A stretch of 64,000 nucleotides of DNA. Source: Paraspadella gotoi (lineage: Eukaryota > Animalia > Chaetognatha). Below the pieces are notes generated by a model. The model was not told the DNA's origin. It was given only the letters and a program-made list of their open reading frames with translations, and did not search any database. The position numbers and the translations under genes were made by a program. The stretch lies in NCBI GenBank assembly GCA_051294375.1, contig CM119271.1, positions 2,606,090-2,670,089 of the forward strand, read 5' to 3'. This document shows positions 35,110 to 47,464 of this stretch, piece by piece; the stretch's first letter is position 1, and every line of letters begins with the position of its first letter.

Positions 35110-35258
35110 CAGAGACACATAGAGAGAGAGAGGAGAGACCGAGACACATAGAAGAGAGAGAAGAGAGTGAGAAAGAGAGAGAGAAAGAGGAGAAAAGAGA
35201 GAGAGAGAGAGAGAAAGAGACAGAGAGAGAGAGACAGAGACACAAGAGATGAGAGAGA

Positions 35259-35291
<33 letters not shown>

Positions 35292-36138
35292 GAGAGACAA
35301 AGAGACAACGATAAACTTCTCACCTGATTCTCCTGAACCCACTCCGCCGCAGCCTTCAAGGCTTTGGATCCGAGACCCTTCAGAACGTCGACGACGACGG
35401 CGGCGGCCCGCTCGAGGCTCTCGGCTCCGGAGCCGACGATCGATTTGGCCTTGGAGACGAGACGAGGCAACGCCTCCTGTTAGGGGCAACGTTGGAGCGA
35501 GGGCGAGGCTTAAATAGTTAACATTTTCTAATACTATATTTTTTTTGGTAAATTTTGTTCAATGTTCAATCTATTCACTCATTCAATTAATTCATTTTCA
35601 CGCCATTTAATCTTTCACATCCCAGACCGTTCTCCGTTCCTCACCTGCACAAACTTGTCGAGCCCTCTCTCCAAACTTCCCGTCGCGTTGACGAGCTTCT
35701 CGAAGGCGTCGCGACCAACCTCGGCCAACTTGTTCGCCACGGAGGAGCCCGCCTCTTTGGCCTTGGAAATGGCTGCGGCAGGCCGGTGTGGAAAAGTTGG
35801 AGAATTATGAGGAATTAAAATATGCAGCGTGCAGTGCATTGCAGTGCAGTGTGCACAATGGGGTTAGTGGCCATCTGATCCATCCGTCCGTCCGTCAGTC
35901 TGCCTTACACTTTACCGAATTAAATTTTCATGTTTTCTACATGTTATTTCTCATTCCGTACAGAAAATGTCCCCGTGTACTTAAATTTATATTCCTAAAT
36001 GTCTATTCCTCTGCTACCTCCACTTCCTCCTCCTCCTCCTCCTCGCTCCTCCTTCTCCTCCTCCTCCTCCTCCTCGTCTTAAGATCAACTCTCCATCATT
36101 TCCGCACCATTTGTCTAAACGCGATCGACTTTCCACGC

Positions 36139-36212
<74 letters not shown>

Positions 36213-36370
36213 TTCTCTCTTACACTCATTTTTTCATGGCTATGTACATCGTGTTACCCAAGACTTACATATAAGCGATAGAGATCGTTTGACAGATGTC
36301 CTTGTTCCCAAGTGGGCCACCACGCTCTCTCCTCTCTCTCTCTCTCTCTCTTCCTCTCTCTCTCATCTCG

Positions 36371-36402
<32 letters not shown>

Positions 36403-36638
36403 ATCTCTTCTACATTTTCCCTCTTTCTCACCAAACCTAACCTTTCATAAAACTCACCTTCCTCTACTTTCTCCGCGACCGATTCGAGCCAATCTCGAAA
36501 AGCGAGACCCTCGACGGTAAATTCAGCGATTCCTGTCTCATCCGGATTTCGAAACGACAAGTCTTCCCCGGATGTAATTGACGGCAAGGCAGAGGCGCTA
36601 GTCGCCAAGGCGACGAACAACAGAATCGTCGGATTCAT
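31747..36638 (-). CDS. Secreted amphipathic alpha-helical repeat protein of unknown family, ~496 aa. Exons 36638-36458, 35772-35645, 35476-35324, 34762-34532, 34215-34078, 33713-33543, 33064-32916, 32641-32563, 32222-32106, 31890-31747
   Basis: Signal peptide MNPTILLFVALATSASA. Ten GC-rich exons splice in phase with no stops (1491 nt; one GC-AG intron). The two halves align (e.g. TGSLERGLDKFVQEALPRL vs TGSLRSALRKFVHKVLPRI). Confidence 0.85.
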
Positions 36639-37305
36639 CTGAGAACGAATAGAAAAAAAATATTAAAGGAAACTTAAATTATATTTAATGTTATAATAGA
36701 TTTATAAACAAAATTAGACAATATCAGCGCTCGCCTTCCTTAAAGTTAATCTTCCATAATGATAGCTGGGCCCTAATTGCTACAATTCACTGGGACAATC
36801 TTCGTGATACTTCTAATTTACTTAAGTGATTATGTTTTCTTTTCTATTAAGTAAACTTAAACGCGAGACAAAATAGAAAAACAAGAAAACGATTGATGGT
36901 AATTCAACCGAAATTTATATAAATATTCGTCATTGCTTGTTAAAGGCTAAATTGGTAAAATAAAACCAGCAATTAGTTTTTTAACATCTCTAATATGGAC
37001 GCGGTTGTTTCTAAATTTTCAAAATAAACATTTTGAGGGGAAGATTAACAACACTGCTATCGACCATTTGTTTTTCGAACCAAAGAAGAGTAATTATATT
37101 AAGACGTTTTTCGTTATGATTCGTTAAACATACGTAGTTACTTTTAGTTCAACCAGACTGTTTCCTACGCTTCGACGATTTTCCCCCTCCATCTCATTTT
37201 AGATAGAATGAAAACAAAATCGACGAATCGCCGTTCACGGGATCATGTCAAAACGAAAAAAAAAAAAAAAAACACACCCAGAAAGCAAAACACACACACA
37301 AAAAA

Positions 37306-37600
37306 AAACAAGAACGACGATTCCAATGTGTTGCGCCGCAGTGACTTTATTTTTGCATGTATTTTTTTTTGATCACATGATATGACAAGACATGACATGA
37401 CTAAAAAACTTTCTTTGCCCGGCGGCGGCGCTAGCAGTCCCTTAGATTTGAGGTTTTTTTCAGTCTTAGCAAATGAGCAAACAACTGTAGGCAAATTATA
37501 TTCATTTTTAAGAGGGACAGACCGATGGACGGACCGACCGACCGACCAAAAAAGGGACTTATAGACTTGCTTCGCGAGTACTCGCGGCCCAACTAAAAAA
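37306..37600 (+). mobile_element. HINE/DINE-1-like non-autonomous Helentron-type element
   Basis: (GGAC/CCGA)n tract 37515-37547, then TATAG, perfect palindrome CGCGAGTACTCGCG (37573-37586) and A-rich end. 5' boundary approximate. Confidence 0.45.
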
Positions 37601-38006
37601 AAGAAACAATTAAAGAAACGGTCGAAACGGATCGAGAATCGAGAAGCGATGCAGCTGACAGGTGTGTGTTTCGAGCGCCATCGTCCGAATTTAAAAAGAA
37701 GTCGTCGATGCGTGGAAATAAAATCGAAGACAAAACAAAAATAATACAGAAACGATTTGTTTTTTTCCGTTTCGCCTTTTAAGAAAAAAGTTTTTGTTTT
37801 TAGTGCCGACCCTGTAGGGACTGATGGCGGAACCGTGCGGGCTGGAAAGAGCCCACGCGGACTTGAAGGGGCGACGAAAGGGCACTTCGATCGCTTAGAG
37901 GCGGAATAAGTTATTTGATTGTGTTTCTTCTTTGACGTAGCGATTGCGAAAGTCGGAAAATTCGAGATTTGAAACACCTGACGGGGTCTCTCTATCACTC
38001 TTTCTT

Positions 38007-38043
<37 letters not shown>

Positions 38044-38155
38044 GTGTTAAATATCGACTGTCCAATGTCCATGATGTCTGAATAAAGATAAGACATTCAA
38101 TGAACAATTTCTAGTACTACGCTCCTCTCCCTTTCCATAAATAATTTTTGTTATA

Positions 38156-38186
<31 letters not shown>

Positions 38187-38330
38187 TTCCATATTTTGGG
38201 TACAAATTTGACTCTCAAAACAAACGATGCCCGCTGTTCAAGACAGAGGGTTTGGACGAGGGAATTTATCAAATATTGCGTGTTTTTATCTCGGGCTTGT
38301 CAAATCGCTTTAACCTGAACATCCAATTAT

Positions 38331-38420
<90 letters not shown>

Positions 38421-39454
38421 ATCTTTTTTTATTTCGTCACGGTTTTTAAGAGGTCATCTAAGATGATTTAATATTTGGGTTTCGATATTTAACAGAGAAC
38501 ATGAGATACATGTTTGCGAATATGTTTCATATTTGTGCAATGTGTGATGTGTAGTCATGTGATCATAGAGAACCACGTCCGGACAAGAAAGTCACTGCGA
38601 AGCAACACTTTTAACTCGCCGATTCTTTGATGCGAGTGGTCGAGGAAAAACCTCTAATGACAAATTAATTATTAAATCAGTTTTAACAATTAACTTCCAT
38701 TATCGTCCGGCCCTTGAGTGCAATCGTTCCTCTGTTATAAAAATATTTTGTCCATAAAACATTTCGATTTATTATTCTGGCCGTCGATTTGCTTCCCGTA
38801 ATCATATCGAGCATAAAAATAAAAGCAAAAATAATACGGAGACTGTTGTTGAGAGAGATAACGCCATGCCGAGACCATAAAAAGAATTTTCTCCTCTCTC
38901 TCTCTCTTCTCTCTCTCTCTCCTCTCTCTCTCTCTCTTCTCTCTCTTCTCNNNNNNNNNNNNNNNNNNNNNNNNNNNNNNNNNNNNNNNNNNNNNNNNNG
39001 AGAAAATATCTTTTATGGTCTGGCATGGCGTTTCTATTTTTCTTCAGGGCTTCCAATAGAAGCCATTCAGCCTTTCCCTTCTCTTCTTGTTATCAGCAAA
39101 GTTGATCTAAGAAGTTGCGAGGCTTAGGGAGAGAGAGAGAGGGAGAGCGAGAGGGAGAGAGAGAGGGAGGGGGAATCACAGACCCAGAGACAAAGAGGAA
39201 AGAGCGAGAGAGGGAGAGAGNNNNNNNNNNNNNNNNNNNNNNNNNNNNNNNNNNNNNNNNNNNNNNNNNNNNNNNNNNNNNNNNNNNNNNNNNNNNNNNN
39301 NNNNNNNNNNNNNNNNNNNNNNNNNNNNNNNNNNNNNNNNNNNNNNNNNNNNNNNNNNNNNNNNNNNNNNNNNNNNNNNNNNNNNNNNNNNNNNNNNNNN
39401 NNNNNNNNNNNNNNNNNNNNNNNNNNNNNNNNNNNNNNNNNNNNNNNNNAAAAA

Positions 39455-40569
39455 AAATACAAAACAGATATCATTTTTTTTAATGTTCTTATGTTTCTCC
39501 GTCCGATCCACTTTTGTTTACTTTTTTTGGTCGTCTTTTGTTTTTTTTTCCTTTCTATATTTGAATTCGAGACGATAGAGGTCTCTTTCTCTTATCTCAA
39601 CGTTCCATCTCTTTTCTCTTTATAAAAGGAAATTCTTGCTCATCCATTCGCATACTCGGTTCCATCCCGCTCCCGCCCCCATTTCCCCTTTCTCTACTTA
39701 ACCCCCCAATTCCATCGCTCAGGGGCGTGTGGCCCTTTCGCAGTTTTTTATCGTTTTTTTTATTGTTGTATAATGGGCGATGGGTGTTATATATGGGTAA
39801 ATGGATGAGGTAATAATAATTTGGCATAATGTTAAATTAATTCGAGTCGCTTTTCTGATTCTGCAGGGACAAGCCGTCTTGCTAATATCATGATCGATAG
39901 AAACACCAAAAATATTCTCAACTTTTATCAATTTAAGTTGATAATTATAATTTTTTATTCATTTATATTTTTCTTATGATTAGGGGCCCGTATGAAGACC
40001 CTCGGCTTTGTGAAATACAAAACCAGATATCATTTTTTTAAATGTTCTTATGTTTCTCCGTCGATCCACTTTTGTTTTACTTTTTTTGGTCGTCTTTTGT
40101 TTTTTTTTTCCTTTCTATATTTGAATTCGAGACGATAGAGGTCTCTTTCTCTTATCTCAACGTTCCATCTCTTTTCTCTTTATAAGGAAATTCTTGGCTC
40201 ATGCATCTCGCATACTCGGTTTCCATCCCGTCTCGCCGCCCCATTTCCCCTTTCTCTACTTAACCCCACCATTTCCATCGCTCAGGGGTGTGGCCCTTTC
40301 GCAGTTTTTATCGTTTTTTTATTGTTGTATAATGGGCGATGGGTGTATATATGGGTAATGGATGAGGGTAATATAATTTGGCATAATGTTAAATAATTCG
40401 AGTCGCTCTTTCTGATTCTGCAGGGAACAGCCGTCTTGCTAATATCATATGATCGATAGAACACCAAAAAATATTCTCACTTTTATCAATTTAAGTTGAT
40501 AATTATAATTTTTTATTCATTTATATTTTTCTTATGATTAGGGGCCCGTATGAAGACCCTCGGCTTGTG
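39455..40569. repeat. ~557-bp tandem duplication next to an N gap
   Basis: 39455-40012 is repeated at 40014-40569 with scattered 1-bp indels; likely gap-edge assembly redundancy. Confidence 0.8.
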
Positions 40570-40868
40570 GACTCTGAACTTGTCTAGTGAGATGGCGCAC
40601 TGCAAGAAAAATCTATTTGTATGATCGAAGGGATATTTAGATGTGAGATAGTATGATTAACTAGTATAAAATATTTCTTTAAGTACTCTGTCCGGGAACA
40701 GAATAGTGAATACAATATATTTATAGTAATATTCTTATAAAGTAAATTTTAAAAAAATAATTTTTTAAAAACTTTTAATAAAGATTCAGATTCTTTATAA
40801 AAACTTAATCAAATATAAATCATGTTATTAAAATTCTGTCGTCTTCAACATTTATAAATGGGAAAAAA

Positions 40869-43162
40869 GGTTCTAGTTGGGTGTGGCGACTTCGCCATGG
40901 CGATATCGCCAGGGCTTTGGCGGATGTCGCCAGTCCCCACTGCGACCTCGCGTCGATAAAGTAGCGATATAACGAAAAGCGCAGCTAACGCGGATGAGCA
41001 ATCACCTTCAGCGCTCCTCTCCAACCCTACCCTCACAAACCTCCCTTCAACTCTTGCCTCTCTACCACTAACCCTAACGCCGGGCCTGGGCTCTCCGTAC
41101 ATCTCCATGCCTCAACCCTAACCCTAACCGCCTTTGATGCATCAACACACGGGCCCTCCCACACACCCTAACCCTAAACCAAGCCCTTCGTTAACTCTGT
41201 GCCTCTCCCCTAACCTAACCCAGGCTCAGCCTCGCCGTACATCCTCGTGCTCAACCCTACTCCTAACCGCCTTCGATGCATAACACCACGGGCCCTCCTC
41301 CCAACCCTACACCTAAACTAAGCCTCCGTTCAACTCATGCCTCTCCTCACCTACAGGCGCAGACGTTCCGGTCCGCCTCCTACCGGGAATGTCGGTTGCT
41401 CTTGAACCGGAAACTATGTGCAATAAAAAGCCTTCGTTCAACTCCATGCCTCTCCCCTAACCCTAAACCAGGCCCGGCTCCCGTACACTCTCGTACCTCA
41501 ACCCTAACCCTAATTGCCTTCGATATATAACCCACGCCTCTCTCCAACCTAACCCTATAACGCGGGCCCCAGGTCCCCGTACATCTCCGTACCGTTCAAC
41601 CCTAACCCTGAATTGCCTTCGATAATATAACCACGGGCCTTCTCCCCAACCCTAACCCTAAACCGGGCCCAGGCCTCCCGTACATCTCCGTGCCTCAACC
41701 CTAACCTAACACAGGCCTCTTGGTCATCAACCAAACACCCTCCTCCCCTATCCCTAAAATTGACATTAATAATAAGCCTAAAATAAACTTAACTTAACTC
41801 AACCCTAACCCTAAAACTACTCAACCCTAACGCAAACCTACTAATCCGTAATTGAACTACTACCTGTACTCAAGCCCTAACCCTAACCAACTAACCCTAC
41901 ACCCTAACCCTAATCTGAGTTTTAGTTTAGGCGAAATCGCCATAACTAGAACGCTGGATGTAGTTCAGTGCGAAAATCGCCAAATCGGGCGACTTAGGCC
42001 ATGACGCCCTCGCCATTTGGCGATTTAGCTGTGAACTACATCTAGCGTTCTAGTTATGGCGATTTCGCCTAAATTAAACTCAGATTAGGGTTGTGGGTTA
42101 GGGTTGAGTTGGTTTAGGGTTAGGTTGAGTAGGTAGTAGTTAAGTTGGGTGAGTAGTGTTAGGTTAGGGTTGAGTAGTTTAGGGTTAGGGTTGAGTTAAG
42201 TTAAGTTTATTTATGCTTATTATTAATGTCAATTTTAGGGATAGGGGTAGGGAGGGTGTTGTTGATGACCAAGAGGCCTTGTGTTAGGGTTAGGGTTGAG
42301 GCACGGAGATGTAGCGGGAGGCGTGGGCCCGGTTTAGCGGTTAGGGTTGGGAGAGAGGCCCGTGGGTTATATATCGAAGGCAATTAGGGTTAGGGTTGAG
42401 GTACGGAGATGTACGGGAGGCCTTGGCCCGGTTAGGTTAGGTTGGGAGAGAGGCCCGTGGGTTATTATCGAAGGCAATTGGGTTAGGGTTGAGGTACGAG
42501 ATGGTACTCGGCGCGCGGCCTGGTTTAGGGTTTAGGGGAGAGGCATGAAGTTGAAGGGATTGGCTGGTTAGGGTTAGGGTTGCGGGAGGGACCCATGGTT
42601 GATGCATCGAAGGCGGTTAGGGTTAGGGTTGAGGCACGGAGATGTACGGGAGGCTGGGCCTGGGTTAGGGTTAGGGGAGAGGCATGGAGTTGAACGGGAG
42701 GCTTAGTTTAGGGTTAGGGTTGGGAGGGGCCCGTGGTTGATGCATCGAAGGCGGTTAGGGTTAGGGTTGAGGCACGGAGATGTACGGGAGGCTGAGCCTG
42801 GGTTAGGGTTAGGGGAGAGGCACAGAGTTGAACGGAAGGCTTGGTTTAGGGTTAGGGTTGGGGAGGGGCCCGTGGTTGATGCATCAAAGGCGGTTAGGGT
42901 TAGGGTTGAGGCATGGAGATGTACGGGAGGCCCAGGGCCCCGGTTAGGGTTAGGGGAGAGGCACAGAGTTGAACGGGAGGTTTTGGTTGAGGGTTAGGGT
43001 TGGGAGAGGGAGCCTGAAGGGTGATGCCTCATCCCGTGTTAGCTGCGCTTTTCGTTATATTCGCTACTTTTATCCCTGGCGAGGTCGCGCAGTGGGGGCC
43101 TGGCGGACATCGCCAAAGCCCTGGCGATATCGCCATGGCGAAGTCGCCAACCAACTAGAACC
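40869..43162. mobile_element. 2.3 kb foldback (palindromic) non-coding element with TTAGGG-punctuated higher-order tandem repeats
   Basis: Arm 40869-~41991 is the reverse complement of ~42010-43162. Termini GGTTCTAGTTGG...CCAACTAGAACC; CCCTAA-rich left arm, TTAGGG-rich right arm. No TSD seen. Confidence 0.8.
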
Positions 43163-44377
43163 ACACCTGCAACTCGTCGTGAATCGCCGGCGACATCGCT
43201 TATTTGATGAACTAAAAACTTAGGTGAGGAAATACATGAATTTTTTTTATTGNNNNNNNNNNNNNNNNNNNNNNNNNGTGGACTCTGAACATTGTCTAGT
43301 AGAGTGGAGCACTCAAGAACAAAAATCTATTTGATGATCGAAAAGGATATTTAGATGTGAGATAGTATGATTAACTAGTTAAAAATATTTCTTAATATAG
43401 TCTCGGGAACAGAATAGTGAAATACAATATATTTATAGTAATATTCTTATAAATAGAAATTTTAAAAATAATTTTTTTAAAAACTTTTAATAAAGATTCA
43501 GTTTCTTTAATTCTCTGTAGTAGAAAATTATATATGTTAAAACGTTTTAGTCGTTTTTTTGCGGTTTAAACTTTAAAATATAATATAACATATTTTATAA
43601 AAGTTTCTTAGTTTTTTATGGCGAATCCAAATCTGTTCTTCAAAATAAAAATAAAAATTAATTTGAAATTTTATGATTTTATAAGGATATAAATAAATAA
43701 ATAATTGAATTTACTATACTGTTATGCTTAAAAATTTTTTTAAATTAATTTCATTAATTACACGTCTATAGGCAGCAAAAAAAAATAATGTTCAATCGCT
43801 CCATCTTTTCATCACTCCACCCTATCGTCTAGTCTACGCCTCTTCACGTCCCTGCCTTAACCCCTATTCCCTACACCCCTGCCCCGCCCCCCTCCCACAA
43901 CAAAATAGTATCCATCGAGTCGCGGAGGAGGAACTTCCTTCAAGTCGTTGTTGTTCCAGCTGTCGTTGTCGAGCGTGCTCGCTGTCGTCGTTGTTGTTGT
44001 TGTTATCGACGTTATTTTATCTTTTTTCTCATAATGGGATCGTTTTTGTCTCGATGAGCACGAAAAAGTTCCATTTGTGAATTTAAAAAAAAAAAAATTA
44101 AACAGGGTGAAAAATAATAAGCGATGCTTTTTTACCTTAGGAAAGGTCGGCCACTTGTAAGTCAATTGCGATTTCCACGCCACGTCTTATAATAATTCAT
44201 GTCTCTTTATAACATTTTAAAATTCATATATTGATATTTAATGTTATTACCGGCCTCGAACGTCGAACTTTCACATCCATCGACTCACTAAGCCAAAGCT
44301 CCTCCCCGGGCGCCACACTTGAAACGGTGAACATTCGATATTCGACGTTATGACATGTATTTTTTTTTCTGGAGTAC

Positions 44378-44468
<91 letters not shown>

Positions 44469-44504
44469 CTGAGTTTGCGTTTTCCTCGGCGGCACGACCG
44501 AAGC

Positions 44505-44595
<91 letters not shown>

Positions 44596-45952
44596 GTTGA
44601 CTTCATACTTCACCCATTTTTTCTCCGTCTCCCTTTATCTCTATCTCACTTTCCACTTGGTCCAACATAAACGCATCCTCAGCCCATTGTTCCATCTTTT
44701 ATGCTGAACTTATCCTCACTAGAAAACGAATACAACCAATAAAATTTTAATCAATTTTAATCAAATCTATCGAGTTTTAAATGATTCTACTACATAATTT
44801 TGCTTCTTCCTTGTTCCCTTTTATTAATCTTAATTTCGTTTCCATGACATATAAGTTATTTTATTTGTTTAATATAATGTTTATTGTTTATCTTTAAAAC
44901 TACAATCTGTTTTTCTCTCGATCTTTCGCATTCCTTACTGCTTCTATTGTCTCTCACTCACCCGAGCCGCCCTCCATTCGCCCCGAATCCTTCCCAGGAC
45001 TTAATCCTTACCTTGAGCTCCGAGACCCCGAGAGAATTCTCTGGCATCGCTCAACGCAAAGCTACGTAGTACGTACAATTTTGAAATTATTATTTTTTAA
45101 CTTTAGCCTAATTTTTACTCATAATTATCAATGTATATAGCTAACTTAAAATAAAACATAAAATTTCGAAGAAAAAAAATTACCAAAATATTTTCATAGG
45201 TTTTTTATTTTTTATGTTTTAAAGGCTCATGTAAATTTTATAAAATCTTAATAATTTGATTTATCATAAATTATAATGTTTGCGCTATTTTATTAGCATT
45301 TATATACAGAAAAAATCGTCATTTCCGACTAGAAAGATTGGAATTGTACAAAAAAAAAAAAAGGTCATCACCATCGAATTCTTCAGACCTTATTACAGTA
45401 AAATAATTATGAATGGAATTTAATATCTTATATTTTGTTATCTTTGAACGCTCTGACCTACATATAACGTCCACGTATCATCGAAATTTTATATATTACG
45501 ACGACGACAACAACAACAACGACAACAACGGCGACAAGGAAACTGACATTTGACCAAGGTCAAGTTCCTGACCTTAAATCAACCTTACCTTTACTATTGT
45601 TTAGCGTTTTCCAAAATATTTTCTTTAAAAAGCCCAAATTTCCAAATCTATAATTTATAGTATATATAGTATATATATAGTATATATATAGTATAAACTT
45701 AATAACCTCCTTCACTCTGCTCTTCCTCCTCTTCCTCCTCTCTCCCCCTTCTCCCGGAATCCCTAATTGCCTTTTGAACTGCGCCATAAACTTGACGTCG
45801 GGACCGGGTTTGTCCCTAGGATGCCGCGGGGCTTTTCCTTATTTTCCTTCCCATTCCCCCCCCCGCAACTTACCCCGCGACTTACCCCTCGCCCCCCTGG
45901 CGGCAAGAAATGTATGGAAGAGCCCGGAGATCTTATCAGCAGCTATTTCTCC

Positions 45953-45984
<32 letters not shown>

Positions 45985-46047
45985 TTTTAACTCTCTTTTC
46001 CCTGCAACAAAAGAGAGGAAATATGGCGGCCGATATAAGAGAGAGAG

Positions 46048-46093
<46 letters not shown>

Positions 46094-46236
46094 TCGCTGG
46101 GCGATAGGGAGAAAAATCCGACGCTGGAAACCAAAAATGTTCTTTTTTTTGGAAATTTTTTAAAAAAAATTTTAATGGAGTTTCGTAGTCAAAAAAGGTT
46201 TTTAATTTTCATGATCAAAATTATAAATGTCATGAT

Positions 46237-46317
46237 CAATTAGAAGAGTTTGAAATTAGTTTCAACAACGATTTATTTCATTAACTAATTGAAATTAATT
46301 TCAAACTCTTCTAATTG
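46237..46317. repeat. 29-bp-arm inverted repeat (mini-MITE/hairpin)
   Basis: caattagaagagtttgaaattagtttcaa ... ttgaaattaatttcaaactcttctaattg. Confidence 0.75.
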
Positions 46318-46467
46318 CCATTACACAACCAAACGAAAGGATTATAGCACAATGTCTAAATGTCATGATCTAAAGTTTTTTTCAACAATATAACAGAGGC
46401 GCCAAGTATGATCAGAATTTTTAATTGTGATCGAAAATTGTTCAAAACTTGAAACAATGCCCAAATT

Positions 46468-46580
46468 TCAACTTTTCATTTTTACCAGTAGAATTATCAA
46501 AACCAAGAGGCTTGAAAAGGCAACGCCACCAGCGGAATAAAATACCAGAGGGTAGTAGTCAAAATGTTCCTGAATGAGAC
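46468..46580 (-). CDS. Orphan terminal exon resembling the last TM helix of an MFS (SLC16-like) transporter
   Basis: Acceptor tttcag| then (G)LIQEHFDYYPLVFYSAGGVAFSSLLVLIILLVKMKS*; a degenerate second copy lies at ~46940-47009. Upstream exons not identified. Confidence 0.4.
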
Positions 46581-46750
46581 CTGAAACAATTATAAATCCA
46601 TATGATAACTTTAAATAAGAGAATTTTTTTAAAACCTCAAAAAATATTTTACCAAAAAGTGTAGGAACACCTAAATTCACGCAGCTCGCAATAAAGGATG
46701 AAAATGCTAAACAGTATAAGTAGTTGAATTTGAATTAGAAGTTTGCAGTT

Positions 46751-46825
46751 GTCTGGGTGGCTCGGAGCCGGAATTTCTAGACAACCAGACGTTAGGTTCC
46801 AGGATCGAATTCTGTCGGGGACAGT
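46751..46825 (+). mobile_element. Degenerate tRNA-like sequence (pseudo-tRNA or SINE head)
   Basis: TGGCTCGGAGCCGG A-box-like and GGATCGAATTC B-box-like motifs ~40 nt apart. Confidence 0.3.
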
Positions 46826-47022
46826 TTATTTCTAAAATAATAAGCTGGCCTAATCGTCTATATGTTTGCAGTTAAAACATTTCCAAATTTTCTTTATTTT
46901 TATTAAAAATAACAATTTTAAACAATATCAAAATTTCAAATTCAAACCAAATCAAGACCAAAAGGCTTAAGAAAGCCACACCAGCAGCAGCCAAAACTCT
47001 CCTTGAGACCTCAAACATTTAC

Positions 47023-47240
47023 GTCACAGTGCCAGATAAAAGCTAAAAGCAAGTTTCACCCTACTTTTGCATGAATTTGTTCATGAAAGGATTTTTTAAA
47101 TAAATAATTTTTTTAAGGATAACCTCCATAGAGACTCGGGAATTAAAATAAATATTCAATTATTCATGTCGACAGAAATCAATAATCATATTTTTTCACC
47201 CCGGTGAAACTCTCCTTTAGCTTTTATCTGACATTGAAAC
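47023..47240. mobile_element. MITE, ~218 bp, with ~38-bp imperfect TIRs
   Basis: cagataaaagctaaaagcaagtttcacc ... ggtgaaactctcctttagcttttatctg. Confidence 0.7.
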
Positions 47241-47307
47241 TTATATTCGATTCTTCATTCATTTTAAATATCATTAAAATATTTTTTATGTGAAAACAAT
47301 AAATAAG

Positions 47308-47392
47308 ATTAAAGGCGAAGTCTTTTTACATCAACGATTTATTTTTTTCAAATAAAAATCAATAGTTGATCGAAAAAGACTTCGTCTTTAAT
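47308..47392. mobile_element. ~85-bp palindromic mini-element flanked by TTAA
   Basis: ttaaaggcgaagtcttttt...aaaaagacttcgtctttaa; TTAA followed by a purine-purine end is Kolobok-like (inference). Confidence 0.5.
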
Positions 47393-47464
47393 ATCATTTA
47401 TACCTAAACTTAACAAAAAGAAAGAATTTTTGCAATGAAAACAATCAAAATATTATATATATAA

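Noticed and set aside
42285-43005. CRISPR-like repeat-spacer appearance
   Set aside because: The spacers recur in a fixed three-unit cycle, the repeat is telomeric, the context is eukaryotic and no cas genes are present.
40869-43162. True telomere, chromosome-fusion scar or missed-adapter read
   Set aside because: There is no long pure (TTAGGG)n, polarity is opposite to a fusion, the centre lacks adapter sequence and symmetry stops at a defined terminal motif. A chimera is not fully excluded.
43278-43505. Direct repeat of 40567-40790 as an LTR or long TSD around the foldback element
   Set aside because: It begins exactly at an N gap and does not abut the element ends; probably contig-overlap redundancy.
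43900-45061. Small minus-strand exon candidates (45061-45012, 44368-44251, 44185-44136)
   Set aside because: Splice signals are plausible, but I could not build a convincing continuous frame or recognise a product.
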